The translations under genes were made by a program, and so were the position numbers. Positions 8,747 to 18,554 of a stretch of DNA of 36,325 nucleotides are shown piece by piece (the first letter of the stretch is position 1; every line of letters starts with the position of its first letter). The stretch is from a virus. The stretch lies in the UHGV virus genome UHGV-0211079. One strand, 5' to 3'. The notes under the pieces were generated by a model. It made no database searches. It worked only from the letters and a program-made list of their open reading frames with translations, and was not told the DNA's origin.

Positions 8747-8750
8747 TTAA

Positions 8751-9899
8751 ATGGCAATCACTCAACGACAACTAGACATTAAATCTGCTGCAATACAAGA
8801 TTCTTACTTAACTCTTGAAGAAGAAATTATGCAGCTAGTTGTTGATCGATTAAAGATTAAAACTAATGCAGAACTCTCCAAGGATACTGTTTTTCAGTGG
8901 TATCTTGAAAAATTGGATCAACTGGGGCTACTTAACTGGGATACAATCAATGAGTTGGTTGAGGAAACCAACGGTGTTACCAAGAATGAGCTAGCCGATA
9001 TTGTTACAAAAGAAGGCTACAAAAAGAATCTGCAAGAAAACAAGAAACTTGCTAATTTGGCCAAAACACCCGTTAAAGAATGGACTAACTTGGATCAAAT
9101 ACTCAACCAATATTTCGAAAGTCAATGGTTAGATTTTGAGAATCATATCAATCAGACACTTTTGTCTACCAATTATCAAGTTAACTCAATTGCAAAGATG
9201 TATCAGCAAGTTCTGAATGATACGGTCGCAAGAATCATCGGGGGTCTGGTAACGCCACAGAAAGCTTTTAGAAGGGCAATTTACGAGATGGTTCAAAAAG
9301 GGATTGATGTCAGCCTAAAAGACAAGTCTGGCAAGACGTGGACTCTTGAGACGTATGTCCGGACCGTGATTAAATCAACAACAGGCACTGTATTTAATGA
9401 TTTGAGGATCGAAAGAGGTATAAGCGAATATGGAATAGTTACAGCTCTTATGAGCCATCATCCGGCGGCTCGTGACGCTTGTAGCAAAATCCAGGGCAGA
9501 TATGTTCTGATGATTCCCAAGAATCAAGCTCCAGAAGAATTCAAACATTTACCTAGCGTATATGACTATGGTTGGAAGACACCTGCCGGATGTAACGGTA
9601 TTAATTGTAATCACCGTTGGTATTCTCAACTACCTATGGAAGATACTGGCATGAAAGATCCAGTTTCTCCTGAAGTTGCTCAACAAAACGCTAAAATTAT
9701 TGCTAAACAACGAAGATTAGAGCGATCAATTAGAATGGCTAAGAAGTCGCTCAAGGCTTCGGAATGGATAGGTTATCAAGAAGATATCGAACACTTTAAA
9801 TCGATTGTACGAGCAAGACAAGCTGTCCTGCGTCAATTTATTGAAGATAACAAAACTCTTTTACATCGATCATATGACCGGGAACAAGTTTATTCATAA
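8751..9899 (+). CDS. minor capsid / head morphogenesis protein (Phage_min_cap2 / SPP1 gp7-like)
   Basis: Position after the portal. About 380 aa. Confidence 0.55.
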   Translation: MAITQRQLDIKSAAIQDSYLTLEEEIMQLVVDRLKIKTNAELSKDTVFQWYLEKLDQLGLLNWDTINELVEETNGVTKNELADIVTKEGYKKNLQENKKLANLAKTPVKEWTNLDQILNQYFESQWLDFENHINQTLLSTNYQVNSIAKMYQQVLNDTVARIIGGLVTPQKAFRRAIYEMVQKGIDVSLKDKSGKTWTLETYVRTVIKSTTGTVFNDLRIERGISEYGIVTALMSHHPAARDACSKIQGRYVLMIPKNQAPEEFKHLPSVYDYGWKTPAGCNGINCNHRWYSQLPMEDTGMKDPVSPEVAQQNAKIIAKQRRLERSIRMAKKSLKASEWIGYQEDIEHFKSIVRARQAVLRQFIEDNKTLLHRSYDREQVYS

Positions 9900-10021
9900 T
9901 CCATATCCAAAAGTCTAGTATTGCTGGGCTTTTTTGTTTTGCTTTAGACCTGCTCGGATGTCTCTAAAAGACGGACTCGAAGCGGGAGTTGCCGCTCTAA
10001 AAACACTTAGGAGGAATATTG

Positions 10022-10588
10022 ATGAAAAAAGAAGACTTAATCGCTTTAGGAATTGACGAAGATACGGCTAAAAATGTGATGGCTTTGCACGGTAAGACAG
10101 TAACGCAACTTAATGCGCAAGTAGCTACAGCAGAAAGTGAGCGTGACAGTGCGAAACAGGAACTGCAAGCCAACCAAGCTGAATTAGACACGTTGAAAGA
10201 ATCAGCAAAAGGTAATGAAGATCTCGAAAAGCAACTTGCTGACTTACAAACAAAGTTTGACGAATCAAAAACCAATTCCGAAAAGCAACTTGCTGAACAA
10301 CAGAAAGATTTTGCTATCAAATTGGCGCTTAAAGAAGCACAGGCGCTTGATGAGGACATTGTCCTTACTCAATTAGACAAGGACACGATTAAAGTCGTTG
10401 ATGGCAAATTACAAGGATTTGATGAACAACTAAAATCCCTACAAGAAAGCAAAGCATTCTTATTTCAGCAACGAGAACAAAACGAGGATAAACCAACTCC
10501 TACGATCTTTGCTGGGGGCATTCCTAAAGGAGCTGGCAGCAATGAAAAAACGATGGTACAAAAAATTCAAGAAAGATTAGGTGAATAA
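10022..10588 (+). CDS. scaffolding protein
   Basis: ATG after aggagg. Highly charged coiled-coil protein immediately upstream of the major capsid gene. Confidence 0.55.
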   Translation: MKKEDLIALGIDEDTAKNVMALHGKTVTQLNAQVATAESERDSAKQELQANQAELDTLKESAKGNEDLEKQLADLQTKFDESKTNSEKQLAEQQKDFAIKLALKEAQALDEDIVLTQLDKDTIKVVDGKLQGFDEQLKSLQESKAFLFQQREQNEDKPTPTIFAGGIPKGAGSNEKTMVQKIQERLGE

Positions 10589-10590
10589 AT

Positions 10591-11451
10591 ATGGCTTTAG
10601 TATTAGACAGTAAAGACTTAGCAACTATTGATAAGGAATTCCGTGCCGATTCTCAAGTTTGGGATGTTCTGACTCAAGGAGCAAAGAGCATCACTGCAGC
10701 TGACTTTGTCGGAGCAAACGAAGTTCGAATCAATAAAATGAGTGGATTTGTGGAAGCAACACAATACAAACGTAACCAAGACAATGCTAGAAGTGCAGTT
10801 AGCATTGAGAAGGAAACGATCAAACTTACTCATGAAGACTGGTTTGCATATGATGTAGATCAGTTAGATCAATCTGAGAGTGCAGCTTTGACAATTAACA
10901 ATGTTGTAACTGAACATAAACGATTGATTACCGTTCCTCATCGTGACAAAGTGGCTATTCAAGTTATGTTCGACAATGCAGGTAAAAAAATCAATGAAAC
11001 TTTGACTGCGGCAAATATTCTCACTGCATATGACGCTGCAGAAGAATACATGACAGACAATGAAGTTCCTGGCGGATATGTGATGTTTGTTTCGGCAGCT
11101 ACTTATCGATTATTGAAAAATGCTGATGGAGTCAGCAAAACTTTCTCCACAAATCAAATGCAGATTAACGGAATCAATCGTACGGTTGCTCAAATTGACG
11201 GTGGTGTGCCAATCATCAAAGTTGCAAAAGGCCGTATGTCTGGTTTGACAATTGAAGACACTGTAAACTTTATCATTACACCACTAACAGCAATTGCTCC
11301 AATCGTTAAATTTGGTACGGTTGACACTGTTCCGGCTAGTCAAGATCGCAATGGCTACCGTGATACAATTAAAGGTTTGGACTATTACGATGCGATTGTA
11401 TTTGATAATGCTAAAAAAGCAATTTATGTATCATACGTCCCAAAAGCGTAG
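10591..11451 (+). CDS. major capsid protein
   Basis: RBS aggtgaataaat, then ATG. 286 aa, in the position after the scaffold gene. The 3' end carries the heptamer C_CCA_AAA (11439-11445). Confidence 0.7.
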   Translation: MALVLDSKDLATIDKEFRADSQVWDVLTQGAKSITAADFVGANEVRINKMSGFVEATQYKRNQDNARSAVSIEKETIKLTHEDWFAYDVDQLDQSESAALTINNVVTEHKRLITVPHRDKVAIQVMFDNAGKKINETLTAANILTAYDAAEEYMTDNEVPGGYVMFVSAATYRLLKNADGVSKTFSTNQMQINGINRTVAQIDGGVPIIKVAKGRMSGLTIEDTVNFIITPLTAIAPIVKFGTVDTVPASQDRNGYRDTIKGLDYYDAIVFDNAKKAIYVSYVPKA

Positions 11452-11708
11452 CCCCATCGGGAGTGACGTTAGATCAAACGACGTTATCTCTTGAAGTTGG
11501 GGGCACAGCGACGTTGAAAGCTACCGTTTCGCCTGCAGAAGCAAGTGACAAATCAGTTCAATTTAGTTCAAGCGATACGGGAATTGCGACTGTCACTCCT
11601 GTACAAGGGAAAGTAACAGCGGTAGCGGCTGGATCTACAACGATCACAGCAACAACAGTAAATGGCAAAACTGCAACTTGCCAAGTCACCGTGACGGAGG
11701 GAGCTTAA
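11439..11708 (+). CDS. -1 frame extension of the major capsid gene encoding a Big_2 (bacterial Ig-like) domain
   Basis: The -1 frame is open from 11415 to 11708 with no plausible independent start or RBS. It encodes [40 protein letters not shown]...[10 protein letters not shown], a Big_2-like sequence. The X_XXY_YYZ heptamer CCCAAAA lies in the zero frame 6 nt before the capsid stop. Confidence 0.5.
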   Translation, partial: PKSVAPSGVTLDQTTLSLEVGGTATLKATVSPAEASDKSVQFSSSDTGIATVTPVQGKVTAVAAGSTTITATTVNGKTATCQVTVTEGA

Positions 11709-11737
11709 TAAGCTCTCTTTTTTGGAAGGAGGGACTT

Positions 11738-12127
11738 ATGGCTTACTTGACTTATACGGAATACAACGAAATCGGATATACATCAATGACTGAAGACGAG
11801 TTCGATGAGTTAGTCAACAAAGCTTGTGATCTTGTTGATGTACAAACAAGAAATTTTTATCAGTTCAACGATCTAGAATCTGACATTGACTTTCGCAAAT
11901 CGAAATTCAAAAAGGCAGTTGCAGCTCAAATAGAATATATGTATCAAGCGAATGCTACTTCGACACTTGAGATCAACAGTCCTCAAAGCTGGTCAGTAGA
12001 TGGTATGAGCGTAACTGAAGCTAGCAGATACAATAATACAGGAGCAAACGAGTCGCCCTCTATTATATCCGACGATGCTATCCTGCTTTTATCAGGTACA
12101 GGGTTGCTGTTTAGGGGGTTAGGGTAA
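11738..12127 (+). CDS. head-tail connector (gp6/gp15-like DNA packaging) protein
   Basis: ATG at 11738 after ggaaggaggg. Position and size. Confidence 0.5.
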   Translation: MAYLTYTEYNEIGYTSMTEDEFDELVNKACDLVDVQTRNFYQFNDLESDIDFRKSKFKKAVAAQIEYMYQANATSTLEINSPQSWSVDGMSVTEASRYNNTGANESPSIISDDAILLLSGTGLLFRGLG

Positions 12128-12465
12128 TGGGTTATTATCGTTTACCACCAAAAAAAGCGTTCTGTCACACGATTACCTATAAGGAAGTAATCGGAGAAGA
12201 TGATTGGCAAAAGCCTATTACTAAAAACTGGACGGTTGAAAACTGTTGGTTTAACTTTGCTTCAAAGTTTACTCGTTCAGGAATAAACTCTACTGATGAT
12301 GCTCCAAACGCTTCTATTACCATGACAGATCGCTACTGTGGACCGCTACCTTATTTCAAAGTATCAACCAAAATTAAGTTCAATGGCGATGAGTTTACTA
12401 TCATTACTTCTAAGCCATTGATTTTGAACGGACAATCCATTGGTTGGCGATTGGAGGTAGTCTGA
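12127..12465 (+). CDS. head closure / head-tail adaptor protein
   Basis: TAATG overlap with the upstream gene. About 110 aa, position. Confidence 0.5.
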   Translation: MGYYRLPPKKAFCHTITYKEVIGEDDWQKPITKNWTVENCWFNFASKFTRSGINSTDDAPNASITMTDRYCGPLPYFKVSTKIKFNGDEFTIITSKPLILNGQSIGWRLEVV

Positions 12466-12797
12466 TGTCTGGTATCAAAGTTGATTTAAGTGGAGTTAGG
12501 AAAAAGTTGTCAACTGAAAATTTTGAGCGTGGTCAGTTCAATATGGCATCAAGGATGCATTCAACGATGAACGAAAACTTTGTTCCTGAAAAAGACGGCG
12601 ATCTTCGTAAAATGAGTAATGTCGCTCCAGATGGTAGTCAGATTGAATGGATTTCCGTATACGCTAGACGCCAATTCTATGCGCCGGGCGGTTGGAAGTA
12701 CACGACTCCAGGAACCGGACCAAGATGGGATCTAAAAGCAGAAGCAATCTTTATGAGCGACTGGATAAAAGCATTTAAGAAAGGAGCCGGGTTGTAG
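12465..12797 (+). CDS. neck / tail-component protein (HK97 gp10-like or minor capsid family)
   Basis: TGATG overlap; RBS ggaggt 6 nt upstream. Confidence 0.45.
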   Translation: MSGIKVDLSGVRKKLSTENFERGQFNMASRMHSTMNENFVPEKDGDLRKMSNVAPDGSQIEWISVYARRQFYAPGGWKYTTPGTGPRWDLKAEAIFMSDWIKAFKKGAGL

Positions 12798-13204
12798 TGG
12801 ACTTTATAGAACGCTTAAATCAATCAGTGAACACTATTCCGAGCCTGCCACTCAAATGTGTTCTGGGTTATTTACCACCAAAGGATGAAGCTTTTGTTTT
12901 GTACCCGTTAGCAGGTGGCCAAGTGACCCAAGAATTCTTTGACGGTACAAAAGACCAAGAGTTGAACTTTGAATTTGCAATGAAGTCACAAGATCAGCAG
13001 AAAATAAGTAATGCACTTTGGCTTGTACAAAATTATCTAGAAGAGCTGTCGGAGCTAAATAGTTCTGATGGCTCTTTTGATTTCGATTCTATTAGCATTA
13101 CAAACAAACCATTCATCAATCAGCTGGATGAAACAGGTACTTACATCTTTTTGGTTGATATTAAAGCAAAAATCACAACTTATCCTAAGGGGGAAACAAA
13201 CTAA
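12797..13204 (+). CDS. tail completion / tail terminator-like protein
   Basis: GTG overlapping the previous stop (TAGTG). Position before the major tail gene. Confidence 0.45.
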   Translation: MDFIERLNQSVNTIPSLPLKCVLGYLPPKDEAFVLYPLAGGQVTQEFFDGTKDQELNFEFAMKSQDQQKISNALWLVQNYLEELSELNSSDGSFDFDSISITNKPFINQLDETGTYIFLVDIKAKITTYPKGETN

Positions 13205-13662
13205 TGGCAAGAAAAAAGAACGCGCTACGGCAACATTTTGTTGCTGACTATGATGCAACGAAACCTGATACTAAACCATTGGAAGACGCCTATAAGAAAT
13301 TTGGGCGCTACGTAACGACTGTTGAAGATGATGGCGATGTGCAATCGGAAGATTATGCCGATTACGCAGGCGATGGTACTTTATCAACCGATGTTACTGG
13401 CGTAACCGAAAAATGGAATTTTTCTGGTTATTGGGATCCAGAGCAAGAAGCTCAACAACTTGTCAAAAAGAAAAAACGTGCTAAAGGCGATGATCGAAAA
13501 GTTTGGCATAAAATCATTGAAACAGACGGAACGACAATCGAAGGAGTTGGAACTCTTAGCGAGAAGATCGTAGCCGGTTCTGGGGAAGCTTCTGATTGGG
13601 AAGAATTCAGTTGTGCTATCACTTATGACAAAACACCAGAAGTAACGGAACCTACACCCTAA
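13204..13662 (+). CDS. major tail protein
   Basis: TAATG overlap. About 150 aa, followed by a strong terminator and the tail chaperone genes. Ends ...CCC TAA. Confidence 0.6.
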   Translation: MARKKNALRQHFVADYDATKPDTKPLEDAYKKFGRYVTTVEDDGDVQSEDYADYAGDGTLSTDVTGVTEKWNFSGYWDPEQEAQQLVKKKKRAKGDDRKVWHKIIETDGTTIEGVGTLSEKIVAGSGEASDWEEFSCAITYDKTPEVTEPTP

Positions 13663-14002
13663 TGCGCCCCGGAACGTAACCGGGGAAATCAAAGAAGATG
13701 GATCAATTTTGCTTAGCTGGGAAGCTGTCGAAGAAGCTCAGAGTTACATTATTCACTATGGAAATGCTAATCAGTCAGACCCAGCTCAAGCGGTCAATAT
13801 GGGTTATGCAGAAACCAACTCATGGACATTGGCTGCTGGTGATGTTCCAGAGCTTACAGCTGGAGATAAGATTTATCTCTATGTTCAGACATATAGAGAA
13901 AAAGGTGTAGGTGCGACGGATGTTGAGAAAGCTCGTTTCTTGCATGACGGTCCTTATACCGGTTCAGCTTGGTCAACACCAACTATTTTAACTAAAGACT
14001 AA
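13646..14002 (+). CDS. +1 frame extension of the major tail gene encoding an FN3-like domain
   Basis: The +1 frame is open from 13646 and overlaps the major tail stop, with no good independent start. It encodes LSWEAVEEAQSYIIHYG...KIYLYVQTYREKGVG, an FN3-like sequence. CCC_UAA at 13657-13662 is a classic +1 shifty stop context. Confidence 0.5.
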   Translation, partial: RNLHPNAPRNVTGEIKEDGSILLSWEAVEEAQSYIIHYGNANQSDPAQAVNMGYAETNSWTLAAGDVPELTAGDKIYLYVQTYREKGVGATDVEKARFLHDGPYTGSAWSTPTILTKD

Positions 14003-14004
14003 AA

Positions 14005-14030
14005 GGGAGGGCTTATTGCCCTCTTTTTTT
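14005..14030 (+). terminator. intrinsic terminator after the major tail gene
   Basis: Hairpin gggagggc-ttatt-gccctctt followed by TTTTTTT. Confidence 0.65.
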
Positions 14031-14047
14031 ATTAGGAGGAAACAAAC

Positions 14048-14491
14048 ATGCAATTTGAAGTTAAACGTTCTGGATTCCCTATCAATATCGGAGAAATTGA
14101 GTTTTTCTTTGGAACAACAGTCGAAGAGTTAACACGCTTTTTCGATGTTCAAGACGAGGTCGAAGAAAAGATTGCGCCATTAGTGAAAAAGCGAGAAAAA
14201 TTAGTGATCGATCAAGAAAATATTACTAAACGTGATGCTGAAAGTCTTATTGAGATCTCTAATGAACTTAATGCTATTCAGTACGATGCACTTCTTGGTG
14301 ATGGATCCTATGAAAAAATCTATTCGAAGTACCAAGATGCAATTCAATTGTTCGATTTATTTGATCCAATCTTTGAGACCATTATTGAAGCGATTGAAAA
14401 CTATGCAAAAGAGCGCGAAGACAAGTTAGCACAACGCAAAGCAAATATGCTGAAGAAGAAAGCTCTTAAAAACAAAAAGAAGAAAAAGTAG
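14048..14491 (+). CDS. tail assembly chaperone (gpG-like)
   Basis: RBS ttaggagga. Acidic with a K-rich C-terminus. Position between the major tail and tape measure genes. Confidence 0.5.
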   Translation: MQFEVKRSGFPINIGEIEFFFGTTVEELTRFFDVQDEVEEKIAPLVKKREKLVIDQENITKRDAESLIEISNELNAIQYDALLGDGSYEKIYSKYQDAIQLFDLFDPIFETIIEAIENYAKEREDKLAQRKANMLKKKALKNKKKKK

Positions 14492-14500
14492 GTGATCTAG

Positions 14501-15070
14501 ATGCGGTTGAATGACCCATTGACCACTGAAATTGAATTTGAAGGTATTACGTATCCACTAGATCTGGCTTTTGATAATGTCTTGGATGTGTTAGATGCCA
14601 TCTCTGATAAGTCATTGATGGCTTGGGAAAAGGTTGATTTGGCGCTCAATCTCCTTGTAGGCGAATCTAATCTTACCTTCGAGAAACAAATGGAGCTTTG
14701 GGAGTTGATTCTGAATCGGCATATCCAGATTGGGAGTCAAGAGAAAGTGGTTTACGACTTAGAAGGCAATCCTATGCCAACACCTAAATCATCTGATGAC
14801 AAGAAAAGTATGGACTTGGTCCAAGATGCTAAGTACATATACGCCTCATTTCGACAGATTGGTATCAATTTATTTGAAGAACAAGGAAAAATGCATTGGG
14901 AAGAATTTCAAGCTATCCTAGAAAGTCTTCCAGATGACACAATTCTTCCAAAAATTGTTCAAATCCGCAACTGGTCGCCTAGTAAAGGCGAAAGCGAAAA
15001 GGAAAAAGAGCGCATGAGAGAACTGCAACTCAAATACTCCTTAAACAAGGAGGTGGATGCTGATGGCTGA
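14501..15070 (+). CDS. tail assembly protein (second chaperone, gpT-like)
   Basis: Position immediately upstream of and overlapping the tape measure gene. Confidence 0.4.
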   Translation: MRLNDPLTTEIEFEGITYPLDLAFDNVLDVLDAISDKSLMAWEKVDLALNLLVGESNLTFEKQMELWELILNRHIQIGSQEKVVYDLEGNPMPTPKSSDDKKSMDLVQDAKYIYASFRQIGINLFEEQGKMHWEEFQAILESLPDDTILPKIVQIRNWSPSKGESEKEKERMRELQLKYSLNKEVDADG

Positions 15071-18000
15071 TGGAAAAATTGTTATTGCTGTGGATGTTGA
15101 TGGAAAACAGGTGTCTGTATTAAATAAGAATTTGGATCAATTGGAAGGAAAGTCTTCCAAAGCCGGAGCTTCCATAAAAAACATGGCTGTCAGCATGGGG
15201 CTTGTAAAAGTTGCCGGTGCAGCATTTAAAGTCCTAGCAAACTCTTTAGATAGTGCGATAAGTCGATTTGACACGATGCAAAAGTTTCCCAAAGTAATGA
15301 ATGCACTAGGTTTTAGCGCAAAAGAATCACAAAAATCTATTGATAAACTATCCAATGGGATCGACGGTCTTCCTACTAAGCTTGATGACGTTGTTGCAAG
15401 CACCCAGCAAATGACTGCTATCACAGGGGATTTGGATAAATCTACCGATACTGTTCTAGCCTTGAATAATGCTTTTCTCGCATCTGGAGCTTCTACAGAG
15501 GATGCTAGTCGAGGAATGCAACAATTTAATCAAATGTTATCAACAGGCACCGTTGACTTAGAAAGTTGGAAAACTCTTCAAGAAACGATGCCTTTAGCTT
15601 TGCAAAAGACCGCTGAAGCTATGGGATTTGTTGGCAAGTCTGCTCAACGAGATTTATATGCAGCTTTGAAAGATGGAACTGTAACATTTGACCAATTCAA
15701 TGACAAGCTTATTGAACTCGGAACTGGCACAGGAATGCTTGCTGATCTTGCGAAGGAAAATAGTTTAGGTATTGCTACTTCTTTTGGAAATTTGAGTAAT
15801 GCTGTAGCTAAGGGTGTAGCCAATGTAATTACTAAGTTAGATGAGTTTTCTCAGGCTTTGACTGGTAAAACAATTGCTCAAAACATAGATAGTGTTAAAG
15901 GTGTCATTAATAATGCATTCTCAACAGTTACTGATTCTATACAAATTGTTATCGATAATTCAGACCAGTTGGTATCTGCAATTGGCGTTTTGAAAGACAC
16001 CGCTGAAATAACTGCCCCATTTTTGGTGGCACTTGCTGGAGCAATGCTTTCATTAGAAATTGCTTCTGCAGTGTCTACTGCGATTAACTTTCTAACTGCC
16101 GCGATAACTGGTCTAAAAATAGCATCGATGACACTGAGTAATTTAGGACTTGCTGGAACAATTAAAATGTTAGCTGGTTTTATGAGTCCTGTTAGTTGGA
16201 TAATAGCAGCGATTGGTGCATTAGTTGCGTTATTCGTATACTTTTACAAAACAAACGAAACCTTCCGAGAAGGAGTTAACAAAACTGTATCAGTCCTAAA
16301 AGAAGGTCTTGTCTCTGCTTTCAACTGGCTAAAAACTGTTTTAGCTGGTGTTTTACCAACGCTTCAAAAAGTAGCTTCAATAGTCGGTACGGCAATAGTC
16401 AATGGATTCAATAAAATGGTAGTTGTTGGTTCGGCAATTCTGTCCGTCGTTGTTCCAGCCCTACAACGATTCGCAAGTGCTGCAAAGGAAGTTTTGTCTT
16501 CCGGATTGGAAAAAATGGGTTCAATTTTATCCACAATCGGCAATATTCTTTCGGGCGCTTTTTCCTCTGGCATACAACTAGCAGGCGATTTGTTAGAACG
16601 TTTAGGTGGTTCTTTTGGGAAAATTGGTGGTGTAGTAAGTATTGTGATTAGCGTACTGACGAAACTGGCACTTGTTGCTTTGGGATTAACAGGTCCATGG
16701 GGAACTTTGATTTCCTTGGTATTATCATTTGTTGCGGCGTGGGTCAAAACAGGAGACCTCTCGGCAGATGGAATCACTCAAGTTTTTGATAACTTGGAGT
16801 CAACAATCACAAATGTTGCTAGTTTTATAAGTTCCAACTTACCCAAGTTCGTGCAGCTTGCAACAGACCTTATTACCGGATTTTTGAACGGATTGACTGC
16901 AGCTTTACCAGGAATTGTTTCTGTTGCTACAGAAATCATTCAAACTCTGGTTAATGCTATAACTACAGTTTTGCCTCAAATTATTTCATTAGCGACGCAA
17001 GTGATCACTACTTTAGTTCAAGGGTTAGCAATGGCATTGCCAGCGTTGATGATTGTAGCTTCTCAAATAATTGTCCAGCTTATTACGGCTATAGCTGATG
17101 TCTTACCACAATTGGTAGAAGTTGGCGTCTCTGTCCTTAAAGCCCTAATAGACGGGATAACGAGTGCGCTACCAGTCATTATCAAAGCAGCAATAGATAT
17201 CTTGAATGCACTAATTGATACTCTTTTATCAGTTTTGCCAATGTTGCTCGATGTTGGTCTGCAAATTATCACTACATTATTAGACGCAATTATTTCGGCA
17301 CTCCCTGCGTTGACGGAAGCAGCAACAACGATTGTCACTGGATTACTGACAGCCTTTATAACAGCTTTACCAATGCTTATCGCTGTTGGGGTACAAATAT
17401 TAATGGCACTGATTCAAGGGCTGTTATCAATACTTCCAACATTACTAATGGCAGTCTTACAAATTATTATGGCACTTGTGACAGCGTTGATTGCGGCATT
17501 GCCACAAATCCTTGAAGCCGGAATTCAATTATTAATGGCGCTGATCCAAGGCATTTTGTCAATCTTACCTCAACTGATTGATGCGGCTATTCAGATCATT
17601 AGTGCACTATTAGGCGCTCTTATCGAAGCCTTACCACAGTTGATTGATGCAGGTGTTCAATTGTTACTAGGATTAGTCGCCGGTGTAATATCGGTACTTC
17701 CACAACTTGTTGCAGCTGCTTTGCAACTAATTGTAGCTCTTTTAGGCGCATTGATTGGTGCTGTTCCTCAGCTGCTCTCTGCAGGTGTTAAGCTAATTGG
17801 AGCTCTAATCAGTGGGGTATTAAGCTTGTTGGGACAATTACTATCTGCTGGAGGCAAGTTAATTAGTGGACTTCTTTCTACAATTTTAGGATTCTTAGGA
17901 GACTTATTGTCAGCAGGCGGAAAATTAATCGCAAGCCTTGTATCTGGAATAGGTGGAGCGATTGGTGATGTATTTTCTGCAGCAGGAGATATTGCTAGTG

Positions 18001-18554
18001 CAGTTGTTGATACTATTTCGGGAATTGATTTGTTTGGCGCTGGCAAAGCTATTATCGATGGCTTTTTAGGAGGCTTAAAGTCAGCTTATGAAAACGTAAA
18101 AGACTTTGTTGGTGGAATTGCAGACTGGATCCAAGAACACAAAGGGCCTATTAGTTATGATAGGCGTTTGTTAATTCCGGCCGGACGAGCAATCATGGGC
18201 GGATTCGATGAAAGCTTGCAGTCAAACTTCAAAAATGTACAACGTACTGTTAGTAGTATGGCTGACCGATTAAATTCAAGTTTTAATTTGACTCCAGAAA
18301 TGGCTTTAGGTGTAAATAGAGTAGGAACTACTTCTGGCGTTACAAATCAGATCATAAATCACAATGTTTATAATAAGAAAAATAGCAATGAATTTGAAAA
18401 GCTGATAAATGCAATCAATAATAGACCAATCTTTACTCAAGCAATTGTTGATGCCCAGAGCTTCAACAAAGCAAATGCGCCGTATCAATCGGGAATTTCC
18501 GCAAGTCGGAACAGACAGGCAGAAAGGGGGTTAGCATTTGAAACAAGAATTTAG
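15063..18554 (+). CDS. tail tape measure protein
   Basis: About 1165 aa. Long central hydrophobic/helical repeat region. ATG at 15063 has better SD spacing than the ATG at 15057. Confidence 0.9.
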   Translation: MADGKIVIAVDVDGKQVSVLNKNLDQLEGKSSKAGASIKNMAVSMGLVKVAGAAFKVLANSLDSAISRFDTMQKFPKVMNALGFSAKESQKSIDKLSNGIDGLPTKLDDVVASTQQMTAITGDLDKSTDTVLALNNAFLASGASTEDASRGMQQFNQMLSTGTVDLESWKTLQETMPLALQKTAEAMGFVGKSAQRDLYAALKDGTVTFDQFNDKLIELGTGTGMLADLAKENSLGIATSFGNLSNAVAKGVANVITKLDEFSQALTGKTIAQNIDSVKGVINNAFSTVTDSIQIVIDNSDQLVSAIGVLKDTAEITAPFLVALAGAMLSLEIASAVSTAINFLTAAITGLKIASMTLSNLGLAGTIKMLAGFMSPVSWIIAAIGALVALFVYFYKTNETFREGVNKTVSVLKEGLVSAFNWLKTVLAGVLPTLQKVASIVGTAIVNGFNKMVVVGSAILSVVVPALQRFASAAKEVLSSGLEKMGSILSTIGNILSGAFSSGIQLAGDLLERLGGSFGKIGGVVSIVISVLTKLALVALGLTGPWGTLISLVLSFVAAWVKTGDLSADGITQVFDNLESTITNVASFISSNLPKFVQLATDLITGFLNGLTAALPGIVSVATEIIQTLVNAITTVLPQIISLATQVITTLVQGLAMALPALMIVASQIIVQLITAIADVLPQLVEVGVSVLKALIDGITSALPVIIKAAIDILNALIDTLLSVLPMLLDVGLQIITTLLDAIISALPALTEAATTIVTGLLTAFITALPMLIAVGVQILMALIQGLLSILPTLLMAVLQIIMALVTALIAALPQILEAGIQLLMALIQGILSILPQLIDAAIQIISALLGALIEALPQLIDAGVQLLLGLVAGVISVLPQLVAAALQLIVALLGALIGAVPQLLSAGVKLIGALISGVLSLLGQLLSAGGKLISGLLSTILGFLGDLLSAGGKLIASLVSGIGGAIGDVFSAAGDIASAVVDTISGIDLFGAGKAIIDGFLGGLKSAYENVKDFVGGIADWIQEHKGPISYDRRLLIPAGRAIMGGFDESLQSNFKNVQRTVSSMADRLNSSFNLTPEMALGVNRVGTTSGVTNQIINHNVYNKKNSNEFEKLINAINNRPIFTQAIVDAQSFNKANAPYQSGISASRNRQAERGLAFETRI
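16860..17990 (+). repeat. tandem ~66-nt (22-aa) coding repeats within the tape measure gene
   Basis: Protein shows a periodic ...ALPQLIDAGVQLLxALIxGxLSxLPxL... pattern with LP every 22 residues, at least 14 units. Coordinates are approximate. Confidence 0.6.

Noticed and set aside
9900-10018. Possible terminator between the minor capsid and scaffold genes
   Set aside because: T-tract present (gggcttttttgttttg) but no convincing complementary stem upstream.
14470-14515. Possible G/GT-type -1 frameshift at the A-rich 3' end of the first tail chaperone gene (gaaaaag)
   Set aside because: The heptamer is not X_XXY_YYZ in the zero frame. Both -1 and +1 frames hit stop codons within a few codons. 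The next ORF is in the same frame behind two stops. No fusion product possible here.
15137-18488. Several 60-137-aa minus-strand ORFs inside the tape measure gene
   Set aside because: Antisense to a long, clearly coding gene. No RBS. Typical antisense artefacts of repetitive hydrophobic coding sequence.
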